In this document: positions 13,796 through 27,429 of the stretch, in pieces | Position numbering within the stretch: position 1 is the stretch's first letter | Layout: each line of letters begins with the position of its first letter | DNA from: Camelus ferus | Taxonomy: Eukaryota | Length of the DNA stretch: 64,000 nt | Assembly: GCF_009834535.1 (NCBI RefSeq) | Contig: NC_045696.1 | Coordinates: 71,736,001-71,800,000, forward strand | Direction: 5' to 3' | Position numbers and translations under genes: made by a program | The notes under the pieces: model-generated | Database searches by the model: none | What the model saw: the letters and a program-made list of their open reading frames with translations, nothing else | What the model was told of the DNA's origin: nothing

Positions 13796-16699
13796 GTAAG
13801 GGGCAAATTCATATGCATTTCTGGATTTTGTTGGGTTGGGGGTGGGGTCTTGCTGTGAGGGCTCAGCCTCTTGAACTTAACTTGATTAACATTTTACTCA
13901 AGTCTCAGTCTTCTCTTAAGCCTCCCCCGGACTAGAATGAAGACTATCCAGCTGTAGGAGAGTGGGATCTCATAGATGTCCTTCCTTTTGCTGTTGGGTG
14001 CAATTTGGTCTTTCCCAAGGGAGTACATTTCTTCTAGGTTGTAAAGAACAGAGCTGAAAAGATTTTGAGGAAAGAAAAAGAAATAACTACTGACATCAGC
14101 TGCCACCATGATGTCCTTCCAATTTTCTTGCTGGATGTTCTACGAAGATCCAACCTTAAGAGAGTCTTGGTTTTAAGGGTTCATGAACATTGCTGAGGTT
14201 ATTTGTTCTCTGAGAGATTTGTCTTTTATTCTTAGCTCTTGTGGATCTAATTTTAATACATTGATTTCATTAAGCATTTGACTGGGAATAAAGAGAAGCT
14301 AGTATTAATCAAAGGCTAGACATTTTCTGAGCCTAGGCATAACCCTAAGAAGAAAGTTGTTGTTACTAGAACACTCTTCTTTTTTATTTGCTTAGCCCAG
14401 GGTGACATGACTTTAATTACTGAAACTTGAGGTACATACCAAACCTACATTATAGTTAGACCTTTCTTGGAAGGATGGGATAGTAAGATTAGATGTCCTC
14501 AACACATATCAGAGGAATAAGGTGGCAAGTCACTCTCTCCTTTTACATGTGTTCTGAAATAAGTAACAAAGTCATCTTAGTTATGTCACAGAGAGAATGT
14601 GTAGTTGGTATGAATTTTACTCTACAATATGGGATGTAAAAAATATCATATTTCTTTCCTTTCTCTAAATCTTACTTAATCTGCCCCAAACTCTTCATCC
14701 TGCTGAGTTTGAGAGAAATGTAATCTCCATGATTGGGATACCTCTCCCCATCTTAGAGTTATATCCTGGATGAGGGCATCTTACACAGTTCAGAACATTC
14801 TGGGGAGTTCTTTGGTCTTTCCTTGACATTGGTCACAGCTCAGATAGCCACTGAAAGCTCGATAAGAATGGGGTGCTCATTTAAAAAATTTCTGCTCATA
14901 TTTCTAACGCTCAGAACAGAGAGTAGAGCATAAGAGATGCTCAGGTTGGAATTATCCAAGTCTTCCTGGTCTGTCCTGTGAGGACAGTGGACGCTCTGCT
15001 CCCTGTATCCCCTGTCTAGGTACCATCGTCTTGACCCTGGTGGGAGAGCCTAGCCAGCCTCCTGCAGCTGCAGTGTCATAGCTTCCCACAGTGAGCCTAG
15101 GATAGTGCACAACAAAAGGCAGGATAAAGACTGTCCTCTGGATTTTTGGCAACTGCTGCTGTGGCCCTCTGTCACAGAAGGCCCAAGGCCAACGGGCATC
15201 AAGGTCTGGAATGGATGATGGGGTGGGTGGAGTGGATTCTTATAGTCTTAGACCAAACTCAGATGCCTTAGTACGGAATTGTGGCATAGAAAATTACATG
15301 ATGACTCATCTGGGGAAAGAGTCCAGTGACTGATTAACTGATGCATTTAAATATTAGAGTTATCTCTTTAGAGTAATATTGAGGTGTTTCTTTCTATTCT
15401 TATTTCTTAGAGATAGTATAGGGAAGATCATAAACAGCCCTAGACATGGATTTAGATTCTGCTGCTGACTAGCTGTATCACCTTGGGTAATTTACTTGCC
15501 TAAGCTTCATGTTCCACATTTATGTAATTAAGGAGATCATCATAATTTTGAGGATTAAAGACATAATGTATGAAAAATGCTTAGTATTGCAACTGCCAAC
15601 TAAATGTTTGCCCTTTTTTCCTGATATATTTTAATCCCATAAAAATGTTTATTTTAGGATTATATAACCAAAAGCAGTCTTCCATTATCATAGAGTTTTT
15701 GTATGGAACCAAGACCATACTCACAGTGAATATGGTGTATAATGCTACAATTAAGTCAGGAATAGAGATAATTGTCACTCTTTAATGTAGGACGTAGGAC
15801 TGAAAACTCACTCTGGGCCAAGAGGATACCTCTGCTTTAGGAAAGGCATTTTGACTGTTTCAAATATAATTTTTTCATTTCTGAGCTGCTTTTGTCAGCA
15901 TGTTGCCTCAAGTTCGCCCTTCTTATGAGAGAGAAGCATGGATTAGCTGTGATAGCATTTGTAACACTGCAGGTCAGGAAGACTATCAGCAGCTATCAGG
16001 TTTTCTGAGTCAGCACCTTTTTGGAATTAGCAAGCCTGCTTTTCATCCTTAACTGTCTCTTTTTACCTGGCGGAGGCGCAAATGTCAGCAACGAGGCTGT
16101 TGAGGGTGCCTGTGTAGTAAAACAGAAATCTCTGCAGTTGGGTCTTTTCCCATGACTTTGGCAGCTCAGCTGTGGCCTCTGCTCTGAGTCACAGCAGTTT
16201 TCCTTTCCCAGTTCAGACAAGCAGGGTGAAGACTCTTCTACAGATTCCACTGAGATGTGGAAAGAGGCCCCATCAACCAGGGATGCTGGGAAGGAGAGTA
16301 TGCGGCCTTTTTTCTCAGTGAGGCCCCGAGTGTGGGGCCTGCTGTGCTGTGTGAGTGTGCTCCCACGATGGGTGGGAGGGCAGGGCTCATTGCATGATGC
16401 CTGACCCAGATTTGTAGCCAGCTGGGTTGAAGCCTCCGGATGGCGAGGCCTGTGAGCAGGAGCCATCAGCAGGAATTGGATGGTAACCAGGGCTGGGGCA
16501 TCTGGTGGCTCTGACCTTGGAAGACGAAGATATATCTTAGCTAGGAAGCAAGAGAATATAACCAGGTTAGTGTGATGGAAACACTCTAGGCTTTGGACTC
16601 AAGACAATTCTAGGTTCATATTCCAAAACAATTAGTAGGTTTCTCATCTGTAAAGTGGGTTGTTTTAAGGATAATGCCTAGCATAGCATCTGGCTGCAA

Positions 16700-17145
16700 G
16701 AGAACTTAGCCTATAGGACGTGTTTGTTTGTTTTTCAAACCACAAAACCAGAGGTCTAGTGGTAGAAATTCTTGGTATTTGATCAGTGACTAATCAACAT
16801 TAAGACTGGCATCTTTGTGATTCTCTTGATGTTTCTCTTGTTTTTAAAGTCTTGACCCCAAGATGGCTGCTGCAGCTCTAGACATTAAGTCTGTGTCCAA
16901 AGCAGGAAGAAGGAAAAGGACCAATGTTGGCTTCTTCTGCTCCTTTTGCTAGGAGAGCAGTAACTTTCCTAGAAACTCTTGGTAGACTTCTGTTTATGTC
17001 TCATTCCAGAACTAGGTCATGTGGCCATTCCTAGCAGCAAGGGAGTCTGAGAAGGCAAACATTTAACTTTTTAAATGCCACAGTGGAAGGTGGTCAGGGA
17101 AGAGGGAGTTGGGAATAAGTTAGCCATTTATCAATACCTGCCATA
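16700..17145. mobile_element. Old MaLR LTR (MLT1I/J-like)
   Basis: agatggctgctgcagctctagacat...gcaggaagaagg...agacttct...tctcatt...ggtcatgtggccattcctagc..caagggagtctg. Confidence 0.65.
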
Positions 17146-17519
17146 ATGCCTTTCCTTTAATTATGAGAAGTTATCCTTTTATTTTTCTTTTAATGATTAT
17201 TCTCCCCCTTGGAATTACTGTCCAAATTTCTCTCTTTCTCTGTCTCTCTCAACACATTTAATCCTTTTAGAAATAGTTAATAATGAAGGCATAAAGTACT
17301 CTTAGGTTTGTAGAGTCCCCGACATTTCCCCCTATATGCACACCAGTGGAGCCCTGGGTAGAGGTGGAGTTCCCAGGGGCAAGTGGGAAGTTCTCACCCA
17401 AACCAATGGAGAATGTCAAGCCAAGGAAATAAGCATAGTTAAAACCAGCATCCTAAGTCAGAGATGGAGCCAGTAACTTGGCACCTGGGAAATGAGGACC
17501 ACTGCTAGAAGGTCTAGAG

Positions 17520-17879
17520 CAGTGCTGTTTAATGGACATATAATGTGACCCACATGTGTACTTTTAAATTTTGTGGTAACCATATTAAAAAAGCAAAAAA
17601 AAAAAAAAAAAAAAAGAAAGAAAACCAAAAAACAAAAACCACACACACACAGGAAATTAATTTTAATAATGTATTTTATTTAACCCAGTATATCTAAAAT
17701 ATTATTCCAACATGTCATCAATATTCAAAATTATTAATAAGAGACTTTACTTTTTTTGTACTAAGTTTCAGAAATCTAGTTTGTATTTTACACTCATAGC
17801 ATATCTCAGTTTGGACTGGTCACATGTCAAGGGCTCAGCAGCCAGCTGTGTCTTGTGGCCACTGTATTGAGCAGCGCAG
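17520..17879. mobile_element. MER33 (hAT-Charlie) element with an expanded internal A tract
   Basis: cagtgctgtttaat... start; gaaattaattttaataatgtattttatttaacccagtatatc internal; ...gtggccactgtattgagcagcgcag end. Confidence 0.8.
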
Positions 17880-18267
17880 GTTATAGTGGTTCTCAATCAC
17901 ATTGGACCGAATGCCTCCTTTTTATAACAAATGATTTATTTTGCACGCCTCACCATCCTGAAATGAAATGTGTAGACACCTTAACTTGTACTAGTTAGGG
18001 TGCACCATACAGCTCTAGCAAACAGACTCCAAGGTGTATGGATAGTGGCTCAAACTAACACAACAGAAATTTGTTCTTACTGTTGAAAAACGGTCCAGCA
18101 TGTATGTTCAGCAGGTATACATGGTCAGCAGACAACTTTTCTCCACGTGAAGACTCTTGAATGAAAGCCCCTATTACTTTGTGGCTCTTATTGCTGTTAC
18201 CCATTTTGTGGCCTTCTTATTGTCTACATCTAGAAAGCAGACAGGGAAAGAGAGAAGACTATTTCTT

Positions 18268-18445
18268 TTTTTTTTTTAACTTACTTTTTGAAGAGTGACA
18301 TTTATTTATTTAGTTTTTTTTGTGTGTGTAGGGCGAGGTAATTAGGTTTATATATTTCTTTATATGTAGAGGAGGTACTGGGGATTGAACCCAGGACCTC
18401 GTGCATGCTAAGCATGCACTCTACCACTTGAGCTATACCCTCCCC
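18268..18445 (-). mobile_element. Vic-1-like SINE, long form, with a 17-bp target-site duplication
   Basis: Near-consensus tRNA-like head. TSD agagaagactatttctt (18251-18267) versus agagaatactatttctt (18447-18463), followed by aaaa, an L1-endonuclease-type site. Confidence 0.92.
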
Positions 18446-18983
18446 TAGAGAATACTATTTCTTAAAAGTCTCAGCTTGGCAACAGTACACACCGAATTCC
18501 ATTGACTTGAACTGGGCTTAGTCATGTGGATACACTTAACCACAAGGGGAGCTGGATAATTAGTTGTGTGTCCAGAAGGTGAACAGCCACCGCCCTCCTT
18601 ATTTATGCCTATACTTAAATAAGTTAAAAAGTTAAATGTAAAGGACAGCTGTAATGTGAAGGAGAAACAAAGGTAAAGTAAGCAGAGTAAAATAATGTAT
18701 TTCCATGTGTATTTCTAGCTATACTAGAAAAAATTATGAAGTAGTCAGGTGCTTACCTGTGCATGTGGAGTCACCAAGAATGTAACAGGGGCAAATGCTC
18801 AAATATGGTATGAGTAATCAGACATCCTGAGGGACCTTCCTGTAGTGATTTTCTGAAATAGTAAACAATTGTTGATAAAGTTCTGAACAAAGTAGAATAT
18901 AATCGTCCCTCAATTTTATAGGGTAATTGCAATTCCTGGGAAATTCAATATACATTAAAACCGTTTAAAAATACTTAATGATT

Positions 18984-19440
18984 TGTGACAGCATTGGTGG
19001 AACTTGAGGGCATTAGGCTACATGAAATAAGTCTGGCAGAGACAAATACTGTTATGATTCCACTCTTATATGTGGAAGCTAAAAAAACTGAACTCATAGA
19101 AACAGAGAACAAGTTGGTTGTTGCCAAAGACGGGGTTGGGGAATGGGTGAAAGGGGGCAAAAAGTACGGACTTCCAGATATAAAATAAATAAGTTCTGGG
19201 GATGTAACGTGTAGCATGGTGACTGTAGTTAACAATACTGTATTGTGTATTTGAAAATTGGTAAGAGAGTAGATCTTAAAAGTTTTCATCACAAGAAAAA
19301 AAATTGTAACTATGTGAGGTGATGAATTTTAACTAAGTTCATTGTGGTGATCATTTCGAAGTATATACATTATATCAAATTGTTGTAACCCTTAAACCAA
19401 TACGATGTTATACGTCTCAATAAAACTGGAAAAATATTTT
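18984..19440 (+). mobile_element. 5'-truncated L1 3' end (L1MA9-like) with a 16-bp TSD
   Basis: L1 3'UTR text ending ctcaataaaactggaaaaa. TSD aaaatacttaatgatt (18968-18983) versus aaaatactttatgatt (19441-19456). Confidence 0.88.
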
Positions 19441-21934
19441 AAAATACTTTATGATTGTATGTAAAACAAAGATTCTAGGATCAGATTACTGTAAATGGAT
19501 TTTTTTATGTATATTGAGTTTCTCATAAAACATTTGGAAATCAAACAGGATATGGGACAATTCTTTATTATGTAGGACAGATTATATAGTATCCCAGGCG
19601 GTGAGATTTCCCAAGTGCCTCCCAGGGAGTGGTACTGCCATTTTCCGAGCTAAAATCAGTTCTCTGGGGGAAGAGAAAGGGAAAATAGATATTGGGAGGC
19701 AAATAGCAGTAACTACCTTACTTTCTGTCTCACTGTTGGTCTTCAGCATCTTCCTATAGGATTTCCCAGTGTTCCAAGTGCTCCTCTAAATGACACACAT
19801 CTTATGTCAGCCAACACCCAGACCCTTATGGGAATGGTCTTATGTATCCCAAGCACTTGCCATTATTTTCTGCAGTAAAGCTAGTCCCCTACCATGTAAC
19901 ATACAGGTAAAAATGATACCAGGAGGAGTGAAGTTTATATTGTTAAGTCACCATTTTACTTAGTTCCAAAGAGTTTGGTTTTCATCTTCTCTGAAGGGGA
20001 CTTCGTCACAATCTTTCTTCCTTTTGCACTTCCATGTTTCCTCGCAAGGTGGCACTGAATGCCTTGTTGTGGCTGTACTGCTGCATGGAGGCAGGCCTAG
20101 CTTCGTTTCCTTGGTGCCTCTGCCTAACAGACTTTTACGTTCAGCAGCAGGTGGTGTCCCCAGGTAACCTCAGGGCCTCTCTGATGTTCAGTATTTGTAT
20201 TAACCAAGATATGAGAAAACTTCACCCATCTTTCTCTATTTAGGCATGAATAGCTTTAATTATAGTTAGTGAAAAAGGTAGAAATCATTAAATGATGTAA
20301 TTATATCCTTGTGAATATTTGACGGTATTTTGGTTCCTTGAAATGTTTTAGCCATTCTCTTGGCAAATATTGTTTGTATAATTAGTGTAGTGTTATAATG
20401 CATCTAAATTTAGTCTCACTGGAGATGCAAATTCTCTTAATTCACATTTCTCTGATACTTCCTATGGTTGTGAAACTAGAAAGAGGATGAATATTTACTA
20501 TTCGAAAGTTGATATTATCCTGATCTAAACTGTTTCAGTCAACAAAATGAAGTAGCTCAATCTCCTTGTCAAAGCTTGACAAACAACTGATCTGCAGGTA
20601 TCTTTTTCTTCCTTTTCTTTTCTTTTTAATTGAAGTCAGGTGTCTTTTTAAAAAATTTATAATAAGCATATAGGATTAATAAACAGGAATCTCCCAGAGA
20701 AGAATGACTAGTCATCCAGACAAATATCCCATAGCAATTAGTCTCTGAGAGCCCAAGACTCATAGTAACAATACTTACAGAAGACTTGTATAGAAAAGCC
20801 ACAGTGCTGACTTACTCTTTATGTGATACAAATACTCACGTTTGCTTGGCAGCACATTCTCTCCCTTGAAACAAATTTACATGAACCATCAGGGTATTAG
20901 CAGAAGATGCTTCTCAGGCATGGATTCAGAACAGCAGTGTGCATTGGATGATCCTAATGGTGGTGTCATCAGACATACTGGTGACATGGTCTGGATTTTT
21001 GAGGTGGTGGGCCAGGACCCTCCCTCCATAAGATGGCTGGCAGCCTTTGCTTATCTGAGTCTCCCTTTTCTGTAGTTTCTTCATTGATCTCACACCCTGA
21101 ATAATCACAGAGTCCTCGTTAAACCACACCCTGCATCTATTTTGTTAGATATGTGAAATATGTGCGGTCATTTGTAGTTGGCTTCCCTCGGGAGCCGTAT
21201 TCCACTGAAAATTGTTTCCCTACAGAGGCGTAGCCTGGAAGGTGCTCCCAGCACTTCAGCTCATGTCCCTCTGGCTGGAGCCCAGGTTCCCCAGCTTCCT
21301 CAGTCCTCGGGGTCTTTAGTATCGCAGTCATTTTTTTCTCAGCCCTTCTTGACCAAAAGCAATACCTGACAGTTAAAACAACTTAAGTCTATATGTCCTG
21401 ACAACTTAGTAGCTGTTTGAAAAGATAAATACACAAATTGAAAGAAAAAGTAATGTTTAACTTTCATTCTTACAGAACCACAGTTATCTCAAACCTTGCA
21501 GTCAGGCTGGACATCATCCCCCGCTTTTCCTGTTCCACGATGATTTTCATACTGCACTTGTTTTTTATTCCCAGCGGCCACCAAAACCCCAACTTCACAA
21601 AGATGCAATGGCATTCAAAAGAATACAGTGTAATTTAATGTTGAAATTGTAAACCATCTCAAGCTATTAGCAAGCATAATGTCTGACAGATGTCAACTAT
21701 TACACTTTTCCCCCCAAGTTTAAAATATTCATGGTGCCTCTGTGAGTTCACTGAGGCTTCCTAGGTATGTGGTACACAGTTTGGGAACCATGGGGCTGGA
21801 GCTTAGTCATGGCTATGCCTAGCTGCAAAGAAATTGGGAAATATAATCTATATTTACATTTTTATTCTTGTAGGGTGTGTTATATCCCTGTTTATGAGTT
21901 ATTGAAGGGCAGCTGATTATTGCCTCTTTGCAAG

Positions 21935-22200
21935 AATAATAACCATAACAGTGGTTACTTTACGGAGCACTTATATATAATAAACATTCTGCTAAAGTGC
22001 TTCTCATATATGCTCTCACTTAATCCTCACAGTACCTTTTGAGGTAGATACAGGTAATATTCCTATTACATAGATATATATGTGTATGTAAGGAAATTTC
22101 TACTTAAGTATCTTGCCAAAAATCACATAGAATTTAAGTGGTAAGGCAGAATTCCAACCAGGCTGTCTGATTTTAGAGCCAACTTTCTGAACCACCATGC
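21935..22200 (-). mobile_element. MIR SINE
   Basis: gagcacttat..tttaatcctcacag..gaggtag..cttgccaaaaatcacatag..aggctgtctgattttagagcc. Confidence 0.7.
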
Positions 22201-22553
22201 TCCTTTAGCTTTGATATTTACTAACTACAAAAATGAAGAACAATATTATGTATTTGTGTTGGCATTCTTTACTATTCTACCTGTGCTAAAATAATTAAAT
22301 CATTATTACCTTTTGTACAGTAACCATCTTCAAAAGATTGAATTCTTACACCACCACTGAACAAGCAGGAAGAAGAGATACTTGTTCCAAATAATGCAGT
22401 GTTGACCTTCCTGAATTCTGCTCTGAAATAATATAGATGGAAAAATAAGAGGCTGATGCACATCTTAACTTGATATTAGTTGAAGTCCCTTACCCGCAGA
22501 GGTGTGACCTGAAAACATTTTGCTAACATCTTGATCCTCTATCTTTGTTGCAG

Positions 22554-22668
22554 GAGGCCAAGGGAAAGATGGTGCCCCCATCATCACTTTTCCAGAGTTT
22601 GTGGGGTTCAAACACATCTCACATGAGGACTTCCTGAATGTCATGACCTACCTCACCAGCATCCCCAG
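22554..22668 (+). CDS. MCF2L2: MCF2L2 coding exon (probably exon 3), 115 nt, phase 1-2: (G)GQGKDGAPIITFPEFVGFKHISHEDFLNVMTYLTSIP(S); start of the CRAL-TRIO/SEC14 domain
   Basis: Acceptor ctttgttgcag|, donor CCCAG|gtgagc. Manual translation gives the Dbl/DBS/Trio-family SEC14 motif DGAPIITFP...YLTSIP. Phases match both neighbours. Confidence 0.95.
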
Positions 22669-23799
22669 GTGAGCTGAACACAGTGCTCTGCTGCCTTCCT
22701 GGTCATGGGCTTCATTCTGAGTTTCCTATGTGGTGGGACTGGGTTGAGATGAGCACAGTTCACATTAGTATGTAATGGCCAGTTTCTCTTATTCATCAGT
22801 CCCAGACAAGGGATGTAGAAAGAAACTAGAAAACAAAGATACATGAGTATTGGTTTTGATCATGGTGTGCACATAGGAAATACTTCATAAACATTGTTGA
22901 GTGAATGAAAAATTGAACAGATGGTGCTGCTTTTGTTCCTTCAGGTTCATTGCTCTAGATAAAGGTGATTCTGCTTTCCTGGGGCCTGTCGTTCCAGACA
23001 CCTGGCCGCTGCTCAGGGACCTCAAGCCATGTTAAGAATTATTTAATTTATCTCCCATAGATAGGGAACTTAGAGGTAGATTTTATAGTTGTCATTCTCA
23101 GATGGAGAGTCTAGGGCCCAGAGCAAGGAAACTTAAAGTCCAGGGATAAAAACTGCGCCAATAGCTGAGACCATAACAGAGATGTTTTCAGGCACCTGCT
23201 ACTTCTACCCTCTCTGCCCTAGGTCTCACATATTTATGCCATTTAAGTCAATGAATAGCCAGGTCTGTAAGGAATGGAATGTGGGACAGAGTTCATATCA
23301 GTGACAACTATTTCACAGACAGAGATGGAGCTGGGCGTGGAGTCCAAACCTAGTTCTCCAGGAGAGCAGACTCGGCCAGGAAAGGCACTAGTCCCCATGC
23401 GTCTGTTTCATTTATGATATCATCTGTTACTTAACTGCTATGTGGTTAGCAGTTTACGTAACAGCCAGGGGTGTGCTGTTGCTTTCCATCTGCCTCTTAT
23501 GATTTAGAGGTAAACGCCAGCTTTTTGATTGAAAGGCCACCTGGAATCTGATCCCACCAGCAGAAATGAGGAAGTTAATTTGTTTGCTTTAATCGAACCC
23601 ACTCTAAGATTTTGTTTTTATTTTTGTCTTTTACCCTTCTTACTTCTTCAGAGAAGGCTATGGATTTATTTTTGATCCACTTCTTCCAAGTTCAGTATTT
23701 AAATTATATTTCACCAATTCCCATCCTCTCTGCCTCTGATCCCAGAATCTTGTATACATTACACAGACGTGAGAGGACTTGGGCTTGGTTGGTTTGAGG

Positions 23800-24140
23800 G
23801 AAGGATGCTGTACGTCTCTGTCCTTTGATCACGCAGTTCACTCTGCAGGAACACCTTTCCCGCCCTTCTAGGCCTGGCTAACTCCTGCACAGTCATCAGC
23901 CCTCAGTCGGATCTCATTTCTTCAAGGAAACCCTCCCTGACCCCAGTTCTTCTCTCACAGACTCTTTATTTCCACAGAACCCTGAGGGTACTCCTTGTAT
24001 AACACCATAGTATATGGAAATTATTTCTGCCTCTCCCATTAGACTGTGAACTACTCGAGTAGAGGCCAATGCTTTTTTTTTTCTTTTTTTATTCCTAGCC
24101 CTGCCCATAGTAGGTTCTCAAGAAGTAATGTTGGTAGAAT
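23800..24140 (+). mobile_element. LINE-2 3' end
   Basis: ctggctaactcct..ggaaaccctccctgacc..ccattagactgtgaact..catagtaggttctcaagaag. Confidence 0.7.
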
Positions 24141-27100
24141 TTCTAGTTCTGATACTATTCATTTCAATCAAAGGATATTTGTTGTAGCCAAGAAGGAGGA
24201 CACTGACAGAGAGGGGAGAACCGCACTGTACACTCCTGCCTTTAACTTCCTGGGTTATAGGGAGTTGAACCTGGTCTCCCTCTTTGGTTCAACTGCATTC
24301 CAAACATTGACCTACCAGTTTAGCAACTTCCTCTGTGAGGAGCAGCAAGAAGAGGGTGAGCAGGGAGGTGGGCAACAGGTAGAAGTGCCTCCTCCTCATT
24401 CTCATCATATTTGTTTTAAACTCACTGCCTAATTTTACTGAATTCCTGGATGCAGTCATATGCTCAGTGAAATGGGTCATTTTCATCTTGTCCTTGCAGC
24501 CTTTTCCAAGTCATGTTGAGGACCTTACATTGAGTGTCGTGTGACCCCATGTAGAGAGAAGCATCGAAGGGTAGAAACCCTAGCTCACAGGCGTAGAAGC
24601 TGAGACAAATCAGGGAGCTACTGTTTAGGCCTGATTTCCTCTTTCTGCTCGATGCTCCTTGCATAATTTCTTGTAACTAGGGAGTGTTTTCCTTTCCTAG
24701 AATGCAGTTTGTCTTTTGAGAAAGAGTAGCTGTGACCAGTTATTCCCCTTTCCTGTTCCAGCATTTGTTCGTACTTACTTGCTCACTGCCTCCCACCTTG
24801 TTCCTTTCAACATAAAACAGAGACAATGGGTAAGAAGACCTGAAAGGAAATTTGACATGAATCTTGCTTTCCAGTTCCCATTTCAGATTCCAAAGAATGA
24901 AACCACTACTGTTCCTTTTATGATTCCTATTTATCATAATTTGTATCTTCCTAAATATTACAGTCATTACCAGGCACCAGAGTTTTTCCCAGGTTTTCAC
25001 AATGTATTACAGGCAGTTGGCAGAGAGCTCATGGCATAGAACAAGCAAGAACTAATGCACTAGAAGAAGAGAATGGCAGGATGCTTGGGGCAGGGATAAG
25101 ATATCTTTGTGCCTGAAGTGAATGAGGATCTTTCACTGTGGTTGGGTTGGGTGAGTGCAGCATCTCACTCTTTACCAGATCTTTGCTGAGTGCCAGCAGT
25201 GTGTAGAGAGCTGTGTTAGGGGCCATAAAGGACCAAAAATGCCATAAGACAATGCATTGAATCTCAGGAAGCTCATCACGTGACTCTGTTGTCATGATAT
25301 TTTGTAAAATATGCAAACAAGTTAATATAGGAGCTCAGAGGAGAGAAAAGTTACTTTGGACAGGAAAAACAAGGAAAGCTTCAGGAGTAAAGTGGCTTTG
25401 AAGATTGGATACAATTTCCACAGGTAGATCGAAGAGGGACATTCCAGAGAGAGAGAACAGAATGATGTTTAAGAGCTTTGGACACAGCCCAAACCTAGAT
25501 TGAAATTCAGATTCTATTGTTGCCTCACTGTGTGATCTGGGGCAAATGACTTGGCTTCTATTTCTAACCCCCATGGATTTTGAAGTGTTAAATAGAACGT
25601 GTTTGGGGAACAGACTATGCAGACTGCCCAGAGCAGAGTGAGGCTCCTTTTCAGATAGTAGTGAGAAATGAGACCTGGAAAGACAATTGGGAACAGATTG
25701 GTTTTCCACCAAGTTGAGGAGTTTAGGCACAGTGAGCAGGACGAGGCCATTGGAAGTTTTGAGGAGGAAAATGACAACCAGATGGACTTGGTGGTGGTGT
25801 GCAGGGTGGCCCAGAAAGAGTGGGACAAAGGAGGCAGGGAGACTAGTTAGGGGCTTCTACACTAGGGTAGGTGCAAAGTGAAGGGGAAGTGAGCTAGCAA
25901 GATGGCAGAAGGACTGGATGGAAAGGGATGGACAGGAAGGAGAGGTATTGGGGACTGGTGGGGGTGGGGGAGGAAGGAGAGTGAGAAACTAATGATGGTG
26001 CTCTGCTTTAGGAACTGTGTTCACCATCTGATCTTTTCACTTCTACGTGTCTGGGCACATGAAATTGAGGCTTCATTTTAAATGTGTTTCCAGTGGTTAC
26101 AGATTGTCTCTAAGTGTTTTGAAAAGGCATTAGTAAAACATTCTGAACAACAGAGATAGTCAACTATTTTAAAATCACAGTTGTTTTTCCAAAAATCAGT
26201 ATTTGTATAACTAAGCCTGCATTTTTATTACCCTATTCCTCTATTCAGTTTCTTTGTTTTACTCCCATTTCTGTGTTCATTACCTGAAAGGGATTAGAGA
26301 AAGTACTTTTTGTAGATGGTAACAAGAGCTGTATTTCATAACAGTGTGAATTTTATTTGCTATTTCTAAAGGTCTTTTTTCTAAAAGGAATCTGTTGAGA
26401 GGCCTATTTAAGTTTGAAGAATCTATGTCTATTTTCCTTCTGGAGATCCAGTCTTTGAGAAGAGTTCTATCCTCTTTTTAAAATTTTTAAATTTATTTTT
26501 TGTGTGTCCTCTTTTGTGATCTGCTGTCTGATAGAATGCTGTCTGACAGTTCTACTTTAGGAAGAGAGGGGAGACAGTGTTACTATTTGGCCTGTGAATT
26601 ATAATGAGACTTGCTCCTTTGTATTAGTAGACTGAATGGGATTATAACAAATTGTCAGCTCTAGAAACCAGCCTTGTCAGAGAAGTGAGTTCAATCTGGG
26701 CCTCTTACTGTTATGAAGGCAATGGAAAACCCATTGTTAAGTGGCTTTGAATAGTACTAATGGAAAAGTGCTGCTTTGATTGAGTAGGCAGGGTGAGGTA
26801 TGGTATTTCCTGGACTGGCTATGGAATTGCTCCCCCAGAATCAAGAAAATGTAATCATTCGTCTGACTTATAAGGATAGAGGTCCAGAGTGGGGAGCCTT
26901 GTTGGGCTGCTGTCTTGTCCAAGGTGGACAGTTTTGCTTCAGAGCCCTCAGGAAGGATGCCTTAAGAGGCCAGACCTCTGGCACCCAACTGAGTAAAATT
27001 AGAGAGCACCCCATAGATTTATTATGAATAGTGACAATGGCCAGTAAGTCTTATATGTGGAGAGAATTTTAATGGATTATACTAGGGGGCAGAAAAAATT

Positions 27101-27429
27101 TAATATGCCAGGATCCTGTTCTTCTAATGTAAGAGCTAGGGGTCTGACGTTGTTTCTCCCCAGGAGAATGACCTAGAGTGAGTATAACAGCTTTTCTTTG
27201 TTCATTTGTTTAGATGATTGTTTTAGAATACCTGTGCTATATCCTGCTTGTGTCATTTACCCTGTGCAGGTAGGAGACCACTTTCCCTTTTCTGATGTAT
27301 GTTCAATTCAGTTTTCTTAAACATTCAAAATACAGCCCCTTGCTTGAATTTACAGGTGCTGGTGGTTATAAATATCTGGAATTCTGTCTTACTCAGTGAT
27401 ATTATCAATTATAAAAAAGATAATTCCTG

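Noticed and set aside
13720..13935. ORF starting MQQEIRP as a standalone 71-aa protein or the gene start
   Set aside because: Homology ends at the donor at 13795 and the exon has an upstream acceptor. The rest is intron read-through.
15996..16466. Longest ORF in the track (156 aa, minus strand)
   Set aside because: No recognisable domain or exon-like boundaries. An ORF of this size is expected by chance in a locally GC-richer intron patch.
18370..18445. tRNA-like sequence that could be called a tRNA gene
   Set aside because: It is a SINE head: five dispersed copies, AT-rich tails and target-site duplications.
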